From positions 429,333-493,332 of the forward strand of contig NW_015160220.1 in assembly GCF_001447785.1 (NCBI RefSeq): a stretch of DNA of 64,000 bases. The letters run 5' to 3'. This DNA is from Gekko japonicus (lineage: Eukaryota). How positions within the stretch are numbered: the stretch's first letter is position 1; each line of letters begins with the position of its first letter. Below, in pieces: positions 1 to 12,303 of the stretch. A program made the translations under genes and the position numbers. The notes below the pieces were generated by a model. It searched no databases. It worked only from the letters and a program-made list of their open reading frames with translations, and was not told the DNA's origin.

Positions 1-3000
1 GAATACTGATGGAAGAACAGAGCCAGAGCGCCTTGATTTACCCTCGTGATTCCTATAGTAGCCTCTAGCCATTTGGAGACACAGAAAAGTATGCCCTCAG
101 GATGCCAAGAAACAAGTTACAAGTTCTATTCCCTACTAGAAAAAACAACAACCCAAACCCACAGTTTTAGAATCACTGAAAATACTCTAAGAAGACCAAG
201 AAGCTTTTACTGACATACACAGCGCTCCAAAAAAAGAAAGAAACCACAACATGTCAATTAAAGAATCGGTTTTAAAATGAGGCTGAAACAGACATGTTTT
301 CAGATGGAAGCAGCACTCTTTTCTGAAAGAAAGAGTAAGCCTGTGTGTGCGCGTGCACACACCCTTGAAACAGTTAACATTCACAGTGTTTCAAGACTGG
401 TTCACCCATGCATATTTATGCATGCTTTATGACTTCAAGACTCAGCAATGACTACTCCGTATGAATGAGCCATCACTGATCAAGCAACGCAAACGGAACA
501 TTCTGGCCTCCTTGCTTCATTGTGCGGAGCTGTCCCTTCCATTTCAGGAGATCATAACCGCAAAGGACATTGGGGAGCACGTTCATGCCTGGCAGGGTGG
601 TTTCGTTATTTTATGCGCGTTATCTCAGCCCTCATGCAAGGAGTTCAGGGCACCAGACACTGCACTCCCATCCACATCCTGATGGACTCAGATGAGCCTA
701 TTTTCAGCTCAACGTATTTTTCTGTGCAAAAAACATTGCATATTTAAAATTCAGTGCATATTATTTAGCGTTTCATATCTCTTTTGGAGGGGCCATGCAA
801 GAGATGAAAATAAACAGCTCTCAAATGTGTTACTAAAGGACAAACATCTGAACTGAACACGTATTATCAGAATCGGCCTCATTTATTCTGTCTCCCACTG
901 GCAACACCCTGAAGTGCACTTTCCCCCTTCACTGGTCATTATATCAGCTGCATCAAATTTTATTGAGTCTCCATTTTTTCTCCTCTCTACCAACCGACCT
1001 TCCCTATTCTGTCCTTCTGGCACAGGCCAGAAAATGTGCATTCCTAGTGGTTAACAACACTATAGTTGTTTTGTCTTCACAATCAAGCTCTTTAACCAAG
1101 TGCCATACAGTAGCTGGCTCAGTTAAAATATGTGGGACGCAGGAAAATGATGTTCAGCATAAGTAAGCATAAAATGATGCATGTTTAGGATCAGAGTGTA
1201 GACAGCAGCATGAGAACCCTTCTCTCCACACACAACTGCTTGACAGGTTAAACGCACTGAGATAACATCATCATAAAGCTAGCTCATAAAATAGCAAATG
1301 CTCATTCCCAGTTGCCCATGCTATTTAAAAAGCAAAAGCAGAGCACAAATAAAAGGTTTTCAGATGAACTAACAGTTTTGTTCAATCCCGTGCCCATGAA
1401 AAGGCCAGAAATTAACATGAAAGTACAGATGTTAACAGAGAATAATCCCTAAATCCTCAGCATCCTCATACAAGCACTTCAGTGTGGATTTACCAAGAAT
1501 ATATCACCATGAGACCTACTTTCATTACTCCAAACAGACAAAATATATAGGATGTAATCCAGTGGGAATTTCTCTAGCACACGCAACACTGAAATGAGAT
1601 GGATGCCTATCCTTGTGCAAGTCACATTCATTTCTAGGGGGGTCCCTCAGGAGAAACAAACTGAGCCCTTCACAAAGCACTTGGCATAGAACATCTTAGC
1701 ATATACAATCACTGTGAAATAAATAGTTCCACGTAATAAGAGAGGTGAAAACACTTGTTTTAAACATGGGCACTTGGCTCGTAAAATTTGACCAAAATGT
1801 TAGAGTTAGGGAAGCAGGTCATTCTTTCAAGGTTTCTTTTTTCTTGTTAAATATGCCACAATGAATCAAATTCATGTGTAAATACAATAGAAGAGAGTGC
1901 TTCAATTAAGATTTGACCTACTTTTCTCCCATGAAAGCCATAGAAAACACACACACACTCCAACTTATTTCCTCAAAATAAAACAGTTCATTTCAAGCCT
2001 GCACTACAAGTCAAAACAGTATATCTAACTAACACTGCAGGCAATCTAGCCAATATCATAAGGCTATGTGAAAAAATGTCTTTGTTTTGTTTTAAATTCT
2101 CAAATATTTGTATTTTTTTTTAAACAAAACAGTACAGCAAGCTATTAACAAAGCAATACGGGAAGTGAAGTCTAAATAATAATGCAATGAGCAGGACCTC
2201 TAAGTAGTATTGCAAGCAACCCAACAACTTTCATATAAAAAGATGGAAGGGAAATATGGCCTGCGAACACACGGTTTAAAAAAAGGCAAGGAAGGTCTGT
2301 TTTGCATCCATCTAGTCAATATGCTAGCATATGAGAATTCACTGAAAGCTGCTAAAATATATTACAGATTATCTGAAGAATACCCACCCCTTGCTGACAG
2401 CTTTTTAGTGTTGATAATTTTGGCAGCATATTCTTGTCCTGTAGTGATTTTCATACATCTTCTCACCACCGAGAACGCCCCCCTGTAAGCCAATAAACAG
2501 AGACACGTCAGTTTCCAGTGGGCTATGCTCCTAAGAAAATGGTCTCCTAAATTTGAGTGTGTTCACCAATCTGAGGAGGATCAATTCAGGAGGCAGGAGA
2601 ATGAGCATGTCACGGCAATCAGCCTTAACGTGATGGACTGTAACATTAAACGGTATTTAAAAATGTGAGCACAAGCCATACCATTAAGCAGACTACAGAA
2701 ATGTACATCTAATTATAAGTGACAGCTTTAATGTGCAGAAATTGTGCCTGCATCCTCTGACTCAGAGAGAAAGGATGCTGTGTGAATATGTATTATTTGT
2801 GATGGAATGGGGAGAGAGAGAGAGAGAGAGAGAGCCTGGCGGGAAGCCCCCTGCTCTTGCCCGGTAAACATGCCACTTGGTGTTTATTTAAGCATAAACA
2901 CTTGTGTCTCACTGGAGTGCCAAGGATGCAATAAATCTTAATAGACACAGTTCTGAGCCAGAGCATTCGTTTGCTATTCCCCCATAGAAAAGAGCTCTAG

Positions 3001-4011
3001 AATTAGACTGCTCTTTGCAACACGTTCCCCATGTTAATACTACTCTTGCCATCCGGTCAAGCGTTTTTGAGTCATTTATGTAACAAAATTACACAGTACT
3101 GAATTCACAGCTATTTTTTTTCAATGGGGCCAGGGGAGGGAGGAGGAGATGCAAATAAAAGGGATATCATGAGCCAAGGCAGTCAATGCACTCCAGGCAC
3201 ATAACAATCAGCACATTATGTTTCTGAAGACTTGAGTTACAGTTGCCCATCTCACCACTGTCAGATTTTGGGCTGCTAATTTACTGGGCAACATGAAAAT
3301 GTAAGCCACCCACGTTGCCCAGGGGCACATGTCGTCATGGTTAGCTCTCTCCTCTCCCTCTCGTGGCCCCTCCACCTCGGCAAACGCCAGAATGGTGAAG
3401 GATACCCTTGCCTATATTCTGTTGATACAGAGACAAGAAGATTGATACGGGCCAGCTCAGGACAGCCAGGGGCAGTTCGTCATAAACAACATCGCTGGGT
3501 GGGAGGGGGGGGGCACGGGGCTTCAGGTCGCCTTTCCTCTCAGTGGAAAAGTGCAAGATGTTTTGTATGCGTATATAAGATACAAGCCCAGAGGAACTTT
3601 CTGCCTCAATAAACGTGGCACCTAATTGCAAAAAGGCTTCAAGGAGAATCGCATGCCAAGCGACGGGGGGTGGGGGGGGGGGGGGGAGAGAGCCGTGTCC
3701 CCTCATGTCAGCGATCATTTGCTTCCCCCTAGATCTGTGCAGACAGTCCGTTGACCCTTTCCCTAGTTCAAGCCCTCTCCCCGCCCCACCTCCCCGGAAG
3801 CTTCAGCCGGCAAGCTGATTAGCGATGCCCTGCCCCACTGCCAAGGTCTCGCCTAGGGCAGGGATCAGCTCCCAGCCCCTCCAGCTGTCAAAAGACATCG
3901 CTTCCCTTGATCCCCCCGATGCCCCTCGCCGTGCCCACCTCCCCGACCGAGCCCGCCCCGTCTGTCGCCCCCAGAGCGGCTGCCCCCCCCCCCCCCCCCC
4001 CGGGCACTTAC
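1..4011 (-). other. CAMK2D: 5' part of CAMK2D intron 1
   Basis: Follows the GT donor at 4011. No further kinase-domain exon is recognisable in the window. Confidence 0.9.
2812..2834. repeat. (GA)n microsatellite
   Basis: Direct reading. Confidence 0.9.
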
Positions 4012-5460
4012 TTCCCCAGCTCCTCGAAGAGCTGATACTCGTCGGTGAATCGGGTGCAGGTGGTGGTTGAAGCCATCATTGAGCCCGGCTCGGTGCTGCT
4101 GGCGCCTCGCAGGAAGGGAAGGTGGAAAAGCGGGGAGGGAAGGCAGGCAGGCAGGCAGGCAGGCAGGGAGGGGGGCGGGAAGGAAAGGAGGCGAGAGGGG
4201 AGGGCAAAGAGGCGCTTCTCCTCCTCCGGGCGCGTCCCAGTCACGCTCCCGCCAGGCTGGCTCGCTCGGATCCGGGGCGGGGGGCGGAAGGGAAGGGAGA
4301 GGCGGCTTTCTCCTTGGTCGTCCCCTCCTTTCCTTTCGGGGAGCCTGGTTCTGACCCAGCCGGCTCCCGAGCAGGAGTCGTTCGAGGGAGGGGGGGGACC
4401 AAAAGCAGCCGAGGACGGCTGGAGCTGCAGTTCCCGGGGACAAAGAGAGGGGAGCTGGGGGCGAAGAAGAGCCGAGGACGGCTCAGGCTCCCCTTCGCGG
4501 AGACCACTTCAGCGGCCCGCCTTCCCNNNNNNNNNNNCGCTCTTCCCGGAGGGAACGGGGGACGACGGCACGAAGTTTCGGTGGAGGCGCTGCAGCGAAC
4601 CGCGCCGCTGCTTTCCCGCTTGTCGTCTGGATCCAAGGAGCTCGGGGAAGCCGAGCGGCGGCCAAGGGCTTCTCCTCCCTGCCCTCTCTTCCCCCGGCAG
4701 CGCGGCCGCTTTTCTGGTGGTGGCGGCGGCGGCGGCGGCTGCTGCTCTCTCCCTGTCCCACACCTCCCTCTAGCGACAACCGGGCAGGTCCTTCGGCCGG
4801 GTAAATAAAGCCGAGCTGCCGGATCTCCCCTGCCCGTGAGTCACAAGCGCCCCAGCCACAGAAGGAAGGTCGGGGGGGGGGGTTGGCTGCCAGTGAAGGA
4901 TTTTGCTAAGAATTCCCCCCGCCCAGCCTCATGGTTTCCAGGAGGAAGGAGAGATGCGTGAACACTTAAAGGGCCATTCCGTGGTGATCGTCTTTTTAAC
5001 TAGCGACAGGGTGGACTCAAAGCGTTCTCGCCTGGACGGATGCTAAAGGCATGTTGCAATTCCCTTGATCCGCACACGCACCCCCAGGGGCATTCTGCCA
5101 AACGTGGCGCCCTGCGAGTCTGGCTCTTTAAGCAATCCTCCCAAACCCTTTCAACTCCATCTTTAGCCGCCACTGGCCAAAGGAAAGGTGTATGAAGCCG
5201 CTTCACTTCACTGGGAGGGAAGACGCCCCACCCACCCTGGGCGACTCCACCCGCCCTCCACTGCGTTCCATTCGTTGGCGTCATAACTGACACGCTACCT
5301 CGTGCGTTCCACACTGCTGGAATGGGGGGGGGCGGCGGAGTGGACGCAATTTCCAGACTCTCGCGAGATAGCTAGACCTTTTCATGAAGGAGTGGGCGGG
5401 GAATGAGGCTTCTCCTGTGGAATGTGGGGATACGGTTTGTGGGTGCGCTGTGGTGCCCCC
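3640..5460 (-). promoter_or_regulatory. CAMK2D: CpG island: CAMK2D promoter and 5' UTR
   Basis: Very GC/CpG-rich segment around exon 1. Contains an AP-1 site TGAGTCA at 4837-4843, a TATA-like TTTATTTA on the minus strand at 4809-4802, and GCC and CCTG repeats. Boundaries are approximate. Confidence 0.85.
4012..4076 (-). CDS. CAMK2D: CaM kinase II delta, first coding exon (MASTTTCTRFTDEYQLFEELGK, 65 nt, phase-2 donor)
   Basis: Translation matches the CaMKII-delta N-terminus. The exon ends AA|GTAAGT with a canonical donor at 4011-4006. It sits in a CpG island and next to ARSJ, as in other vertebrates. An extra in-frame ATG at 4079-4077 immediately precedes it. Confidence 0.96.
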
Positions 5461-6578
5461 GTTCCCAGTAAAGCGTGACGTTTATTTTAAAATGCACACC
5501 CCACTCTATAGATAGATACTCTGCATGATGCTTCGCCTTATGGAAATATAGTCTGTCAATTATCAGAAAAGCCAACAGTATGCTGAGAGCTGAGCGGTTT
5601 ATATTTGGCTGTGCCTTTGTCATAGTAGTTTGCTGTCATGAGATTTACAGTCTGATGCCATGCATTCCCTCCCCCCTCGGAATCAGCAGGGTTCAGTGCC
5701 ACATGTGTGACCATAGAACTGCAGCCTAGGTTTGTGTTTAAGCCAGGCTGTATGCTCGGCATGGGGCACACTGACAGTGACGCCATCAGGGCAAGACTTG
5801 GGTGGAAATCCCAGGCCTTGGCTCACAGACTCAAAGGGGGCCCTGAAGCAAACTACATTGGAAGTATTATGCATTTCCATTTAATGAGGGGGCCCAGAAT
5901 ACCATTAAGTCCTGACTCTAAAATAACCTACCTGCAACTGGTTGAACTGAGTGGGACTTGCTTCAGAGTTATTTCAGAGCATCCAGCTGAAAATCAAGTT
6001 AGATTTGCCAGGATTCTTCAGTGACAATATGGGCATCATGTGTAGTCTTATCATGTATTACGAATTGCAAACTAAGGTCCATGTTCCTCTTAGAGCAGGG
6101 ACAGTCATCTGTTTTGGCCCAAGTACTGAAAAAGTGTTGGAAAAAAGTCTACAATGAAAATAGCATGCAGGCAACAAGGGGGGGGGGAACATGGGCTCTG
6201 GTTGAGAGGGCGGGGTAGAAATTCAATAAATAAATAAATATGTTATATATGGATCTCTTTTTTTCATGTTTGTCTTTGTTGGTGCGTTTGCTGTCAATGC
6301 TCACATTCCATGTGATTACTATGGAGGAAAATAATACTTGTGTAATGTCTAGTTCTAAAAAATCTTTGGGAGGGGTGTGGTCATCTGGAGATTTATTCTG
6401 TCAGTTTTAATTGTAACTTGTAAGCCGCATTGAGCCACAAGGAAAGTCAGGGTATAAATATGCATGTGTGTTGTATAGAGAAATGTCACATAATATACCT
6501 CTTGAATGTCACAGCATTTGGAGTTTGTTGCTTACATTTTCCCCCTCTGCATATATATTTAGCAACTGAGAACACCAT

Positions 6579-6618
6579 GTATCTGATGAAGTAGGCTGTA
6601 GTCCAAGAAAGCTTGCAC
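6579..6618 (+). ncRNA. Minimal type I hammerhead ribozyme motif (degenerate stems) in a Penelope-like repeat fragment
   Basis: GTAT-CTGATGA-A-GTAGGC-TGTA-GTCCAA-GAAA-GC-T-T-GCAC. Core boxes are intact and stems I/II are partly mismatched. Confidence 0.7.
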
Positions 6619-6769
6619 CACAATCAGTCTGTTAGCCGTCAAAGTTTTTAATGCTAGACAATTGGGATATTTTCACAAGCAATGACCATGTGAAAGGTAC
6701 ACACTTGTTGGGATATGGGAGAGAGCACAACTAAGAAAGTGCTAAGAGGAAGTTATACAGAACTTTGAA

Positions 6770-7645
6770 AGAGGTGATTGAGAGACTCTCTCTCTGGACT
6801 CAAATGATCTAAATAACTACCAGCTGGTGGCAGATTCCATTCTTGCATAAGGTGCTCAAACAGGTGGTGGCCATACAGCTTCAGACAATGTGGGAGGAGA
6901 CTATCTAGAGACCACTTTTAATCCAGGTTCTGGCCTGGTTTGGTGATGGAAACAGCCTTGCTTGCTCTGACCAGTTATCTTCACTGGGAGAGTGACAAGG
7001 GGAGTATGTCCTTGTTGATTCTCCTGGACCTGTCAGTAGCTTTCAACATCATCTCCATGGTATACTTCTGAAGAAGCTAGCTGGGCTGGGAGTGAGGGAC
7101 ACTGTGGTTCTGTAGTTCTACTCTTACTTGGCTGATCTATTAAAGTAGCCGGTCTGAGGGATTGCTGCTTGGCCCCATGCAACATGCTATGGAGTCCCAC
7201 AGGGATCTGTTGTCCCCAATGCTATTTAAGATGGAACCACTGGGAGAGTTCATCCAGGAATTTCAAGTGAGGTGCTACCAATATGTGGATGACATCCATA
7301 TCCATATCTCCTTAACAGGTGAGTCTGTGGAAGTCCTGAACAGGTGCCTGGACAAGGTAATGGGATGGATGAAGGCCAATAAACTGAAGCTCAGTCCAGA
7401 TGAGACTGAAGTGTTGTTGGTCAATGACTAAACAGCTCAAGGACTGAGGAATCAGCATGTCCTAGAGAAGGATGTACACACATACATAGACCCTGCTGAA
7501 GGAGCTGGTTCATAGCTTGGGAATTCTGAGCCTATGGTTGGAGGCTCAAATCTCCACTATGGCACACAGCAGCTTCAGCTGCAGTCCCTCCTCAGAAAGC
7601 TTGACTTGACTACCTTGATTGATGTTGTGATCATATCTAGGTTAA
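6770..7645 (+). mobile_element. L2-clade LINE, decayed reverse transcriptase fragment
   Basis: Frame-broken RT residues, including CYQYVDDIHI...RCLDKVMGWMKANKLKLSPDETEVL (ORF 7162-7431). Confidence 0.85.
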
Positions 7646-7659
7646 TACTCTTCTTAGAA

Positions 7660-8030
7660 GCAAGAATATGTGAATAAACTGTTGGAGATGGCTGAAAATG
7701 ACAAATTGTCATCATTGATGAGAGGGACAACAGACCCAACATTTCAAATGACATGGAAAAAACTGTATGATTGCTATAATATAAATGCATAGTTTAATGA
7801 AATTTTTGGTATTATTAATCTCTTTGAGTTTAATAGAAACTATGGTAAAAAGATAAGAGTATACAGAAACTTAAGCAAACCTATAGAAAGCGATTTAAGA
7901 AATTTTTTAAAAATATGGTAATAGAGTAATAAGAAAATATACTGATCTCTTTGTATGTCTTATGTATGTAAGTGGTTGTTTGTTTATATGTTGTATGTAT
8001 GTATGTGTATAATATGAAAAATAATAAAAG
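7660..8030 (+). mobile_element. L1/Tx1-like LINE 3' end
   Basis: ORF2 C-terminus-like peptide (KLLEMAENDKLSS...FQMTWKKLYD), then an AT-rich UTR with AATAAA. Confidence 0.6.
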
Positions 8031-8149
8031 TGTACCTATGGGTATTTTAAAAAATACTCTTCTTCTTTTGTTCTTTTTAATCTTCTTTTCATTAGAGTGC
8101 AGGGCTGAAACTCTGGAGCACCTATCCTAATCTAGACTGGGCATCAATA

Positions 8150-8775
8150 TGCTCAGTGTACAATTCTATATTTCAGGTATGTCCAACAGGTAGATTGCGA
8201 TCTACCAGTAGATCGCAGAGGAATGTCACTTTTCATCTGTATTCTAGCTGTTTTATGCTGAAAGACTTTTGTATACTCTTTATGATTATCAGGGGTAAGA
8301 TACAGAGTTTGTATTACCCTTGTGTTGAAACATATGCATTGGCTGTCCCAATTCAGAATGCTACTCCAATTCAGAATGCCAGTTCTTACTGCTAACACTG
8401 TAATGACTTGGGCCAGGGTGCTTGAAGAGCCTCCTTCTCCCATAATATCAATCCTGCCAGCTGACATTCTCTTCAAAGGTACTAAAGAGACACACATCCA
8501 GACACTTTGGATATTTGTTATCAGAACAATTAGGAGAGCATGTGCAGTTACCATGAGCGATTATCCAAGAAAATCTTTTTTCATATATTTATTTCTGGAT
8601 GTGTGTTGTTTTACAATGGTAATATTGACCACTGAGGAAGGCCCTAAGGGGCCGAAACACATATGGTCTACTAGTCATAAGATATATCCATCAATTGTAT
8701 ATGTAAAACTCAGCTCTGTGTGTAAAAAGTTTTAAAAGAGTCTGATATTTGGATCATTTCTTTTAACCTATTTTA
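8150..8775 (+). mobile_element. Non-coding Penelope-like element (pLTR-type) carrying a hammerhead
   Basis: Contains the hammerhead at 8627-8668, and its flank aligns with the minus-strand element at 22480-22565. Ends are approximate. Confidence 0.55.
8627..8668 (+). ncRNA. Minimal type I hammerhead ribozyme motif
   Basis: GACCA-CTGAGGA-A-GGCCC-TAAG-GGGCC-GAAA-CACA-T-A-TGGTC. Stems I and II are perfect 5-bp helices and the core is intact. Confidence 0.85.
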
Positions 8776-9965
8776 TCTTTTACTAATGCGTACACCATAA
8801 TAAATATTTGTCTTTTTATAATAACTTATTTTGTTAGCTTGACCCTCATATATCACAGCCATATCTTGGGTTGAGTCCCCCCACCCTTTTTTCCTCAGCT
8901 TTTGCCTGAAATGCCACACCTGAAAAGGGCTCAGCCCCTGCCCATAGCCTGACATGCTTTAGGCAAGATGCATGTTAACCATAGCAATGAAGGCAGAATT
9001 GCATATAGCTCCATAATTGTTTTCCCTGAGGGTTATTTTTAAAAACCATGGGCATGGGAGGAGAAAAGCCAGCTCTCTAGCACCATTTTCACAGAAAAGT
9101 TGCCACCACCACTCCCAGCTACTTTTACCCCAGCAGAGAGAACATATTATTTTTTCCTCATTGCAGGTAGAACAGCTTAGGGAATGTGATTTTTAGCTGG
9201 AAGAAAGGATAAGGATTAGATAGCCCCTCCTCTGTCCTGCTTCTCTGCCTTTTAAAATCTCTACCCATGTCAATGTAATAAAATCCCAAGAATTATTCAC
9301 AACATGTAGTTCTGCCCGGGGTTCTAAGTCCAAGTTGCAAGTAAGCCAGGCAGTACAGCCTTAATGCACTCATTCGAGCACAGCAGGAAAAGGAAGCCTG
9401 GAGAGGCAGAGGGGAAACCAGATAATATAAAACAGAAGACTAGAGAAATATTTACTCTGTGCTGCCAATGGACTGTGAGTTGTAGTATACACATTCAACC
9501 CCCTTTTGAGACTTTATTTGCAGAGTTCATTGAGGTCAGAAAAGAAGTTGCCAGCTGCTTCGAATGGTGTATGTGTGTAAAAGCATCATCAAATATTTGA
9601 CTAGCCACAAAGACCAGTAGAGAGACAATCACTTACATCCAGTGACTGAGGACAAAAGTAGAGGGAAATTGACAATAGTGCAAGTTTGCCTTGCACAAAG
9701 TGGAGACTATGGCTCTATGGGAGAGGGGGGTACGGCAAAGGTTTCAGTGGAGATAGGCTTGGGGAGACATAGAAGGCTGCTTGATGAAAAGAGAAGTGGA
9801 CGGGATAAGTAGGTAGCAAAGGATACAACTGATTTTATTATTTTCTGGATATCTATTCACAGGAAGCACAAAAGCCTTTCCCATGCCAAGGTAATTTTCA
9901 GCACTTTTTACAACAGATGTTTTTCAATATTGCTTTAGTATGAATGTTCTGAAAATGGATGGTGA

Positions 9966-10145
9966 GAAGAGCTCTTCTAGGTCAGACCAGTTGTCCTGAA
10001 AGGCCCAGGGCATAGAGGCCAAGGCTTTCCTCTGATGTTGCTTCCTTGTGCTGGTATTCAGAAGATTCCTACCTCGGTATGCGGATGTTCCTTTTAGTCA
10101 CCATGGCTAGTAGCTATTGATGGACCTATCCTCCATGGATCTGTT
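9966..10145 (-). mobile_element. CR1 LINE 3' UTR fragment
   Basis: Similar to the CR1 3' ends at 33826-34070 and 59266-59520. Confidence 0.65.
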
Positions 10146-10187
10146 TAATTTGTTTCAATAAGAGGAACCATTTATTTCAGTATTCTT

Positions 10188-10448
10188 GAGACCCAGTTTG
10201 GTGTAGTGGTTAAGTGCATGGACTCTAATCTGGGAGAACCGGGTTTGATTCCCCACTCCTGCACATGCAGCTGCTGGGTGACCTTGGGTCAGCAACAGTT
10301 CTCACAGAGGTGTTCGCTTGAGCAGCTCTCTGAGAGCTCTCTCAGCCCCACCTACCTCATTGGGTTTCTATTGTGGGAAGAGGAAGGGAAGGTGATTGTA
10401 AGCCACTCTAAGTGAAGGGTGGGGTATAAATCTAATCTCTGTTCTTCT
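10188..10448 (+). mobile_element. tRNA-derived SINE (Squam3-type)
   Basis: A box TGGTGTAGTGG, B box GGTTTGATTCC, MIR-like core and TCT tail. Homologous to 25518-25807. Confidence 0.85.
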
Positions 10449-10587
10449 CTTATGACTTTCTGATATGATGGAAAGCTGCATCCAATATTTATCTGCAAAA
10501 ACTTTCCCTTTTTCTTTTCAGAAATTATTTCACTTGCGACAGACATGTGACTATAATGTTAACCTTTTGAATGAATGGTGGATATGT

Positions 10588-10898
10588 TAGGGTTGCCAGG
10601 CACGATCATTGTGCCAGCGGGGGGATTTGAGGGGCAGTCCAGGTGACACCCCCAGTGTGATGTTCTGCTTTTTGGGCAAACTCTATAGTTAAAATTGGGC
10701 TCAAACCATAGAGTTTTGCCCAACAAGCAGAGCGTCACAGTGCGATGACACTGATGCAATGACGTAACTTCTGTGTGATGTCATCATACTGGGGACGTTG
10801 CTGTGCAGTGTCGCTGTTCAGGGACGGGGCTTCCACCACCTGCCAGAGCCCCAAAAATCAGGGGATCCCCCACCAGGACCAGGGGTCTGGGAACCCTA
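10588..10898. mobile_element. hAT-type MITE (TAGGGTTGCCA termini)
   Basis: Termini TAGGGTTGCCAG...CTGGGAACCCTA with an internal palindrome. The TSD is not clean. Confidence 0.75.
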
Positions 10899-11215
10899 AT
10901 ACTTGTCTTGCTGGCAAACATAGAAAAACTGGACTTTCTCTTTTTATTTAAAATCATTTTAAAACATGTTCTGTAATGATGACCAAAAAAAGATAAATGA
11001 ATGCAATTATCAGGTTATGACTCCAGACATCCTTGGCTTCTTAGCAATACTTTTTGACTCAAATGAGATATTTCCTCATATTCTAATGAAAGTCTATATA
11101 AAATTATTTATATCCAAACCAGTAGTTGGTATAAGGCATACAATTAGGCTGATAGCTATTATTTGTGCAGCAACAAGTGCCCATACCTTTCTATAAATGT
11201 AGGTTAATGGTGAAA

Positions 11216-11453
11216 TTCAGAACCTAAAAAGGTTAGTCAAGGATAGAAGAGAGCCAACTCTAAAAATCATACAAAAATATACATGTATTTATTACACACA
11301 AATTAAAATAACAAAGAAGGGCCGATGTACATACATGTATATTTTTGTATGATTTTTAGAGTTGGCCCTCTTCTATCCTTGACTAACCTTTTTAGGTTCT
11401 GAATTCTAAGATTTAGGTTCAGTTTTTGTCCCTTTTCCCTTTTTGTCCTTATT
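11216..11453 (+). mobile_element. Short retro-insertion with inverted 5' duplication (Penelope-like), 14-bp TSD
   Basis: 75-bp inverted arms at 11214-11288 and 11331-11405. TSD GGTTAATGGTGAAA at 11202-11215 and 11454-11467. A second copy is at 54710-54801. Confidence 0.7.
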
Positions 11454-11859
11454 GGTTAATGGTGAAACCCATTAAAATTAAAAAGTGTACATTTGGGGTT
11501 GCTTATAACTTTTCCATGCAGCTGCCATTGGTTACCCTTCACATAGCTAAGTATTTGTACCAAAAAGATGATATCGTCCAGACATATTTTCCAGGAATCT
11601 CTGTCAGGTTAAGTCCAGATTAAGTAAAGATCCATTTTGATTGGTCCATCCTTGTGGTGAAACAGGTATCAAAGAGATGCCTGAAGTGAAATATAGAGGC
11701 TTGGATACACAAGGTAATTTACATGAATGGGTGACAAGCATGACTTATACCCCAAATGCCCCCTGAAATGCTGCCCACGCTATGGCACAAGAAGCAAGAT
11801 GAGAAAGTTGCTCTCAGCCAGTGGAAAGGCTCTGGTGGATCCACGCCCACCCCACTGAG

Positions 11860-12303
11860 CTCCCTCCCCTCCCCATTTTCTGCCCCCCTAATATCCAGGA
11901 TTTTCCTGACCCAGAGTTGACAGCCCTAGATGCTCCCTCTTTGCCTGTTGTTTCTTGGCTGGTGTTTCTCTCTTATGGCTGCCAGATCACAGGGCTCCAG
12001 CTGGCTGAATTTCTTGTCAGGGAATCAACTCCAGGCCTAGCAAGTCCTATGAGACCTCATTTCCCTCCTTTGCCCTCCCTCCCCTCCCCATTTTCTGCCC
12101 TCCTAGGCTCTGCCCCCTAATATCCAGGATTTTCCCGACCCAGAGTTGACAGCCCTAGACCCTCCCTCTTTGCCTGTTGTTTCTTGGCTGGTGTTTCTCT
12201 CTTATGGCTGCCAGATCACAGGGCTCCAGCTGGCTGAATTTCTTGTCAGGGAATCAACTCCAGGCCTAGCAAGTCCTATGAGACCTCATTTCCCTCCTTT
12301 GCC
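11860..12303. repeat. Tandem duplication (215 + 229 bp)
   Basis: Copies at 11860-12074 and 12075-12303 differ by about 3 substitutions and a 14-bp indel. Confidence 0.9.

Noticed and set aside
3825-4808. Several long overlapping ORFs (up to 242 aa)
   Set aside because: Low-complexity products of the stop-poor CpG island. Only the 65-nt CAMK2D exon is supported.
10188-10262. tRNA gene
   Set aside because: SINE head continuing into the SINE body, with no complete cloverleaf.
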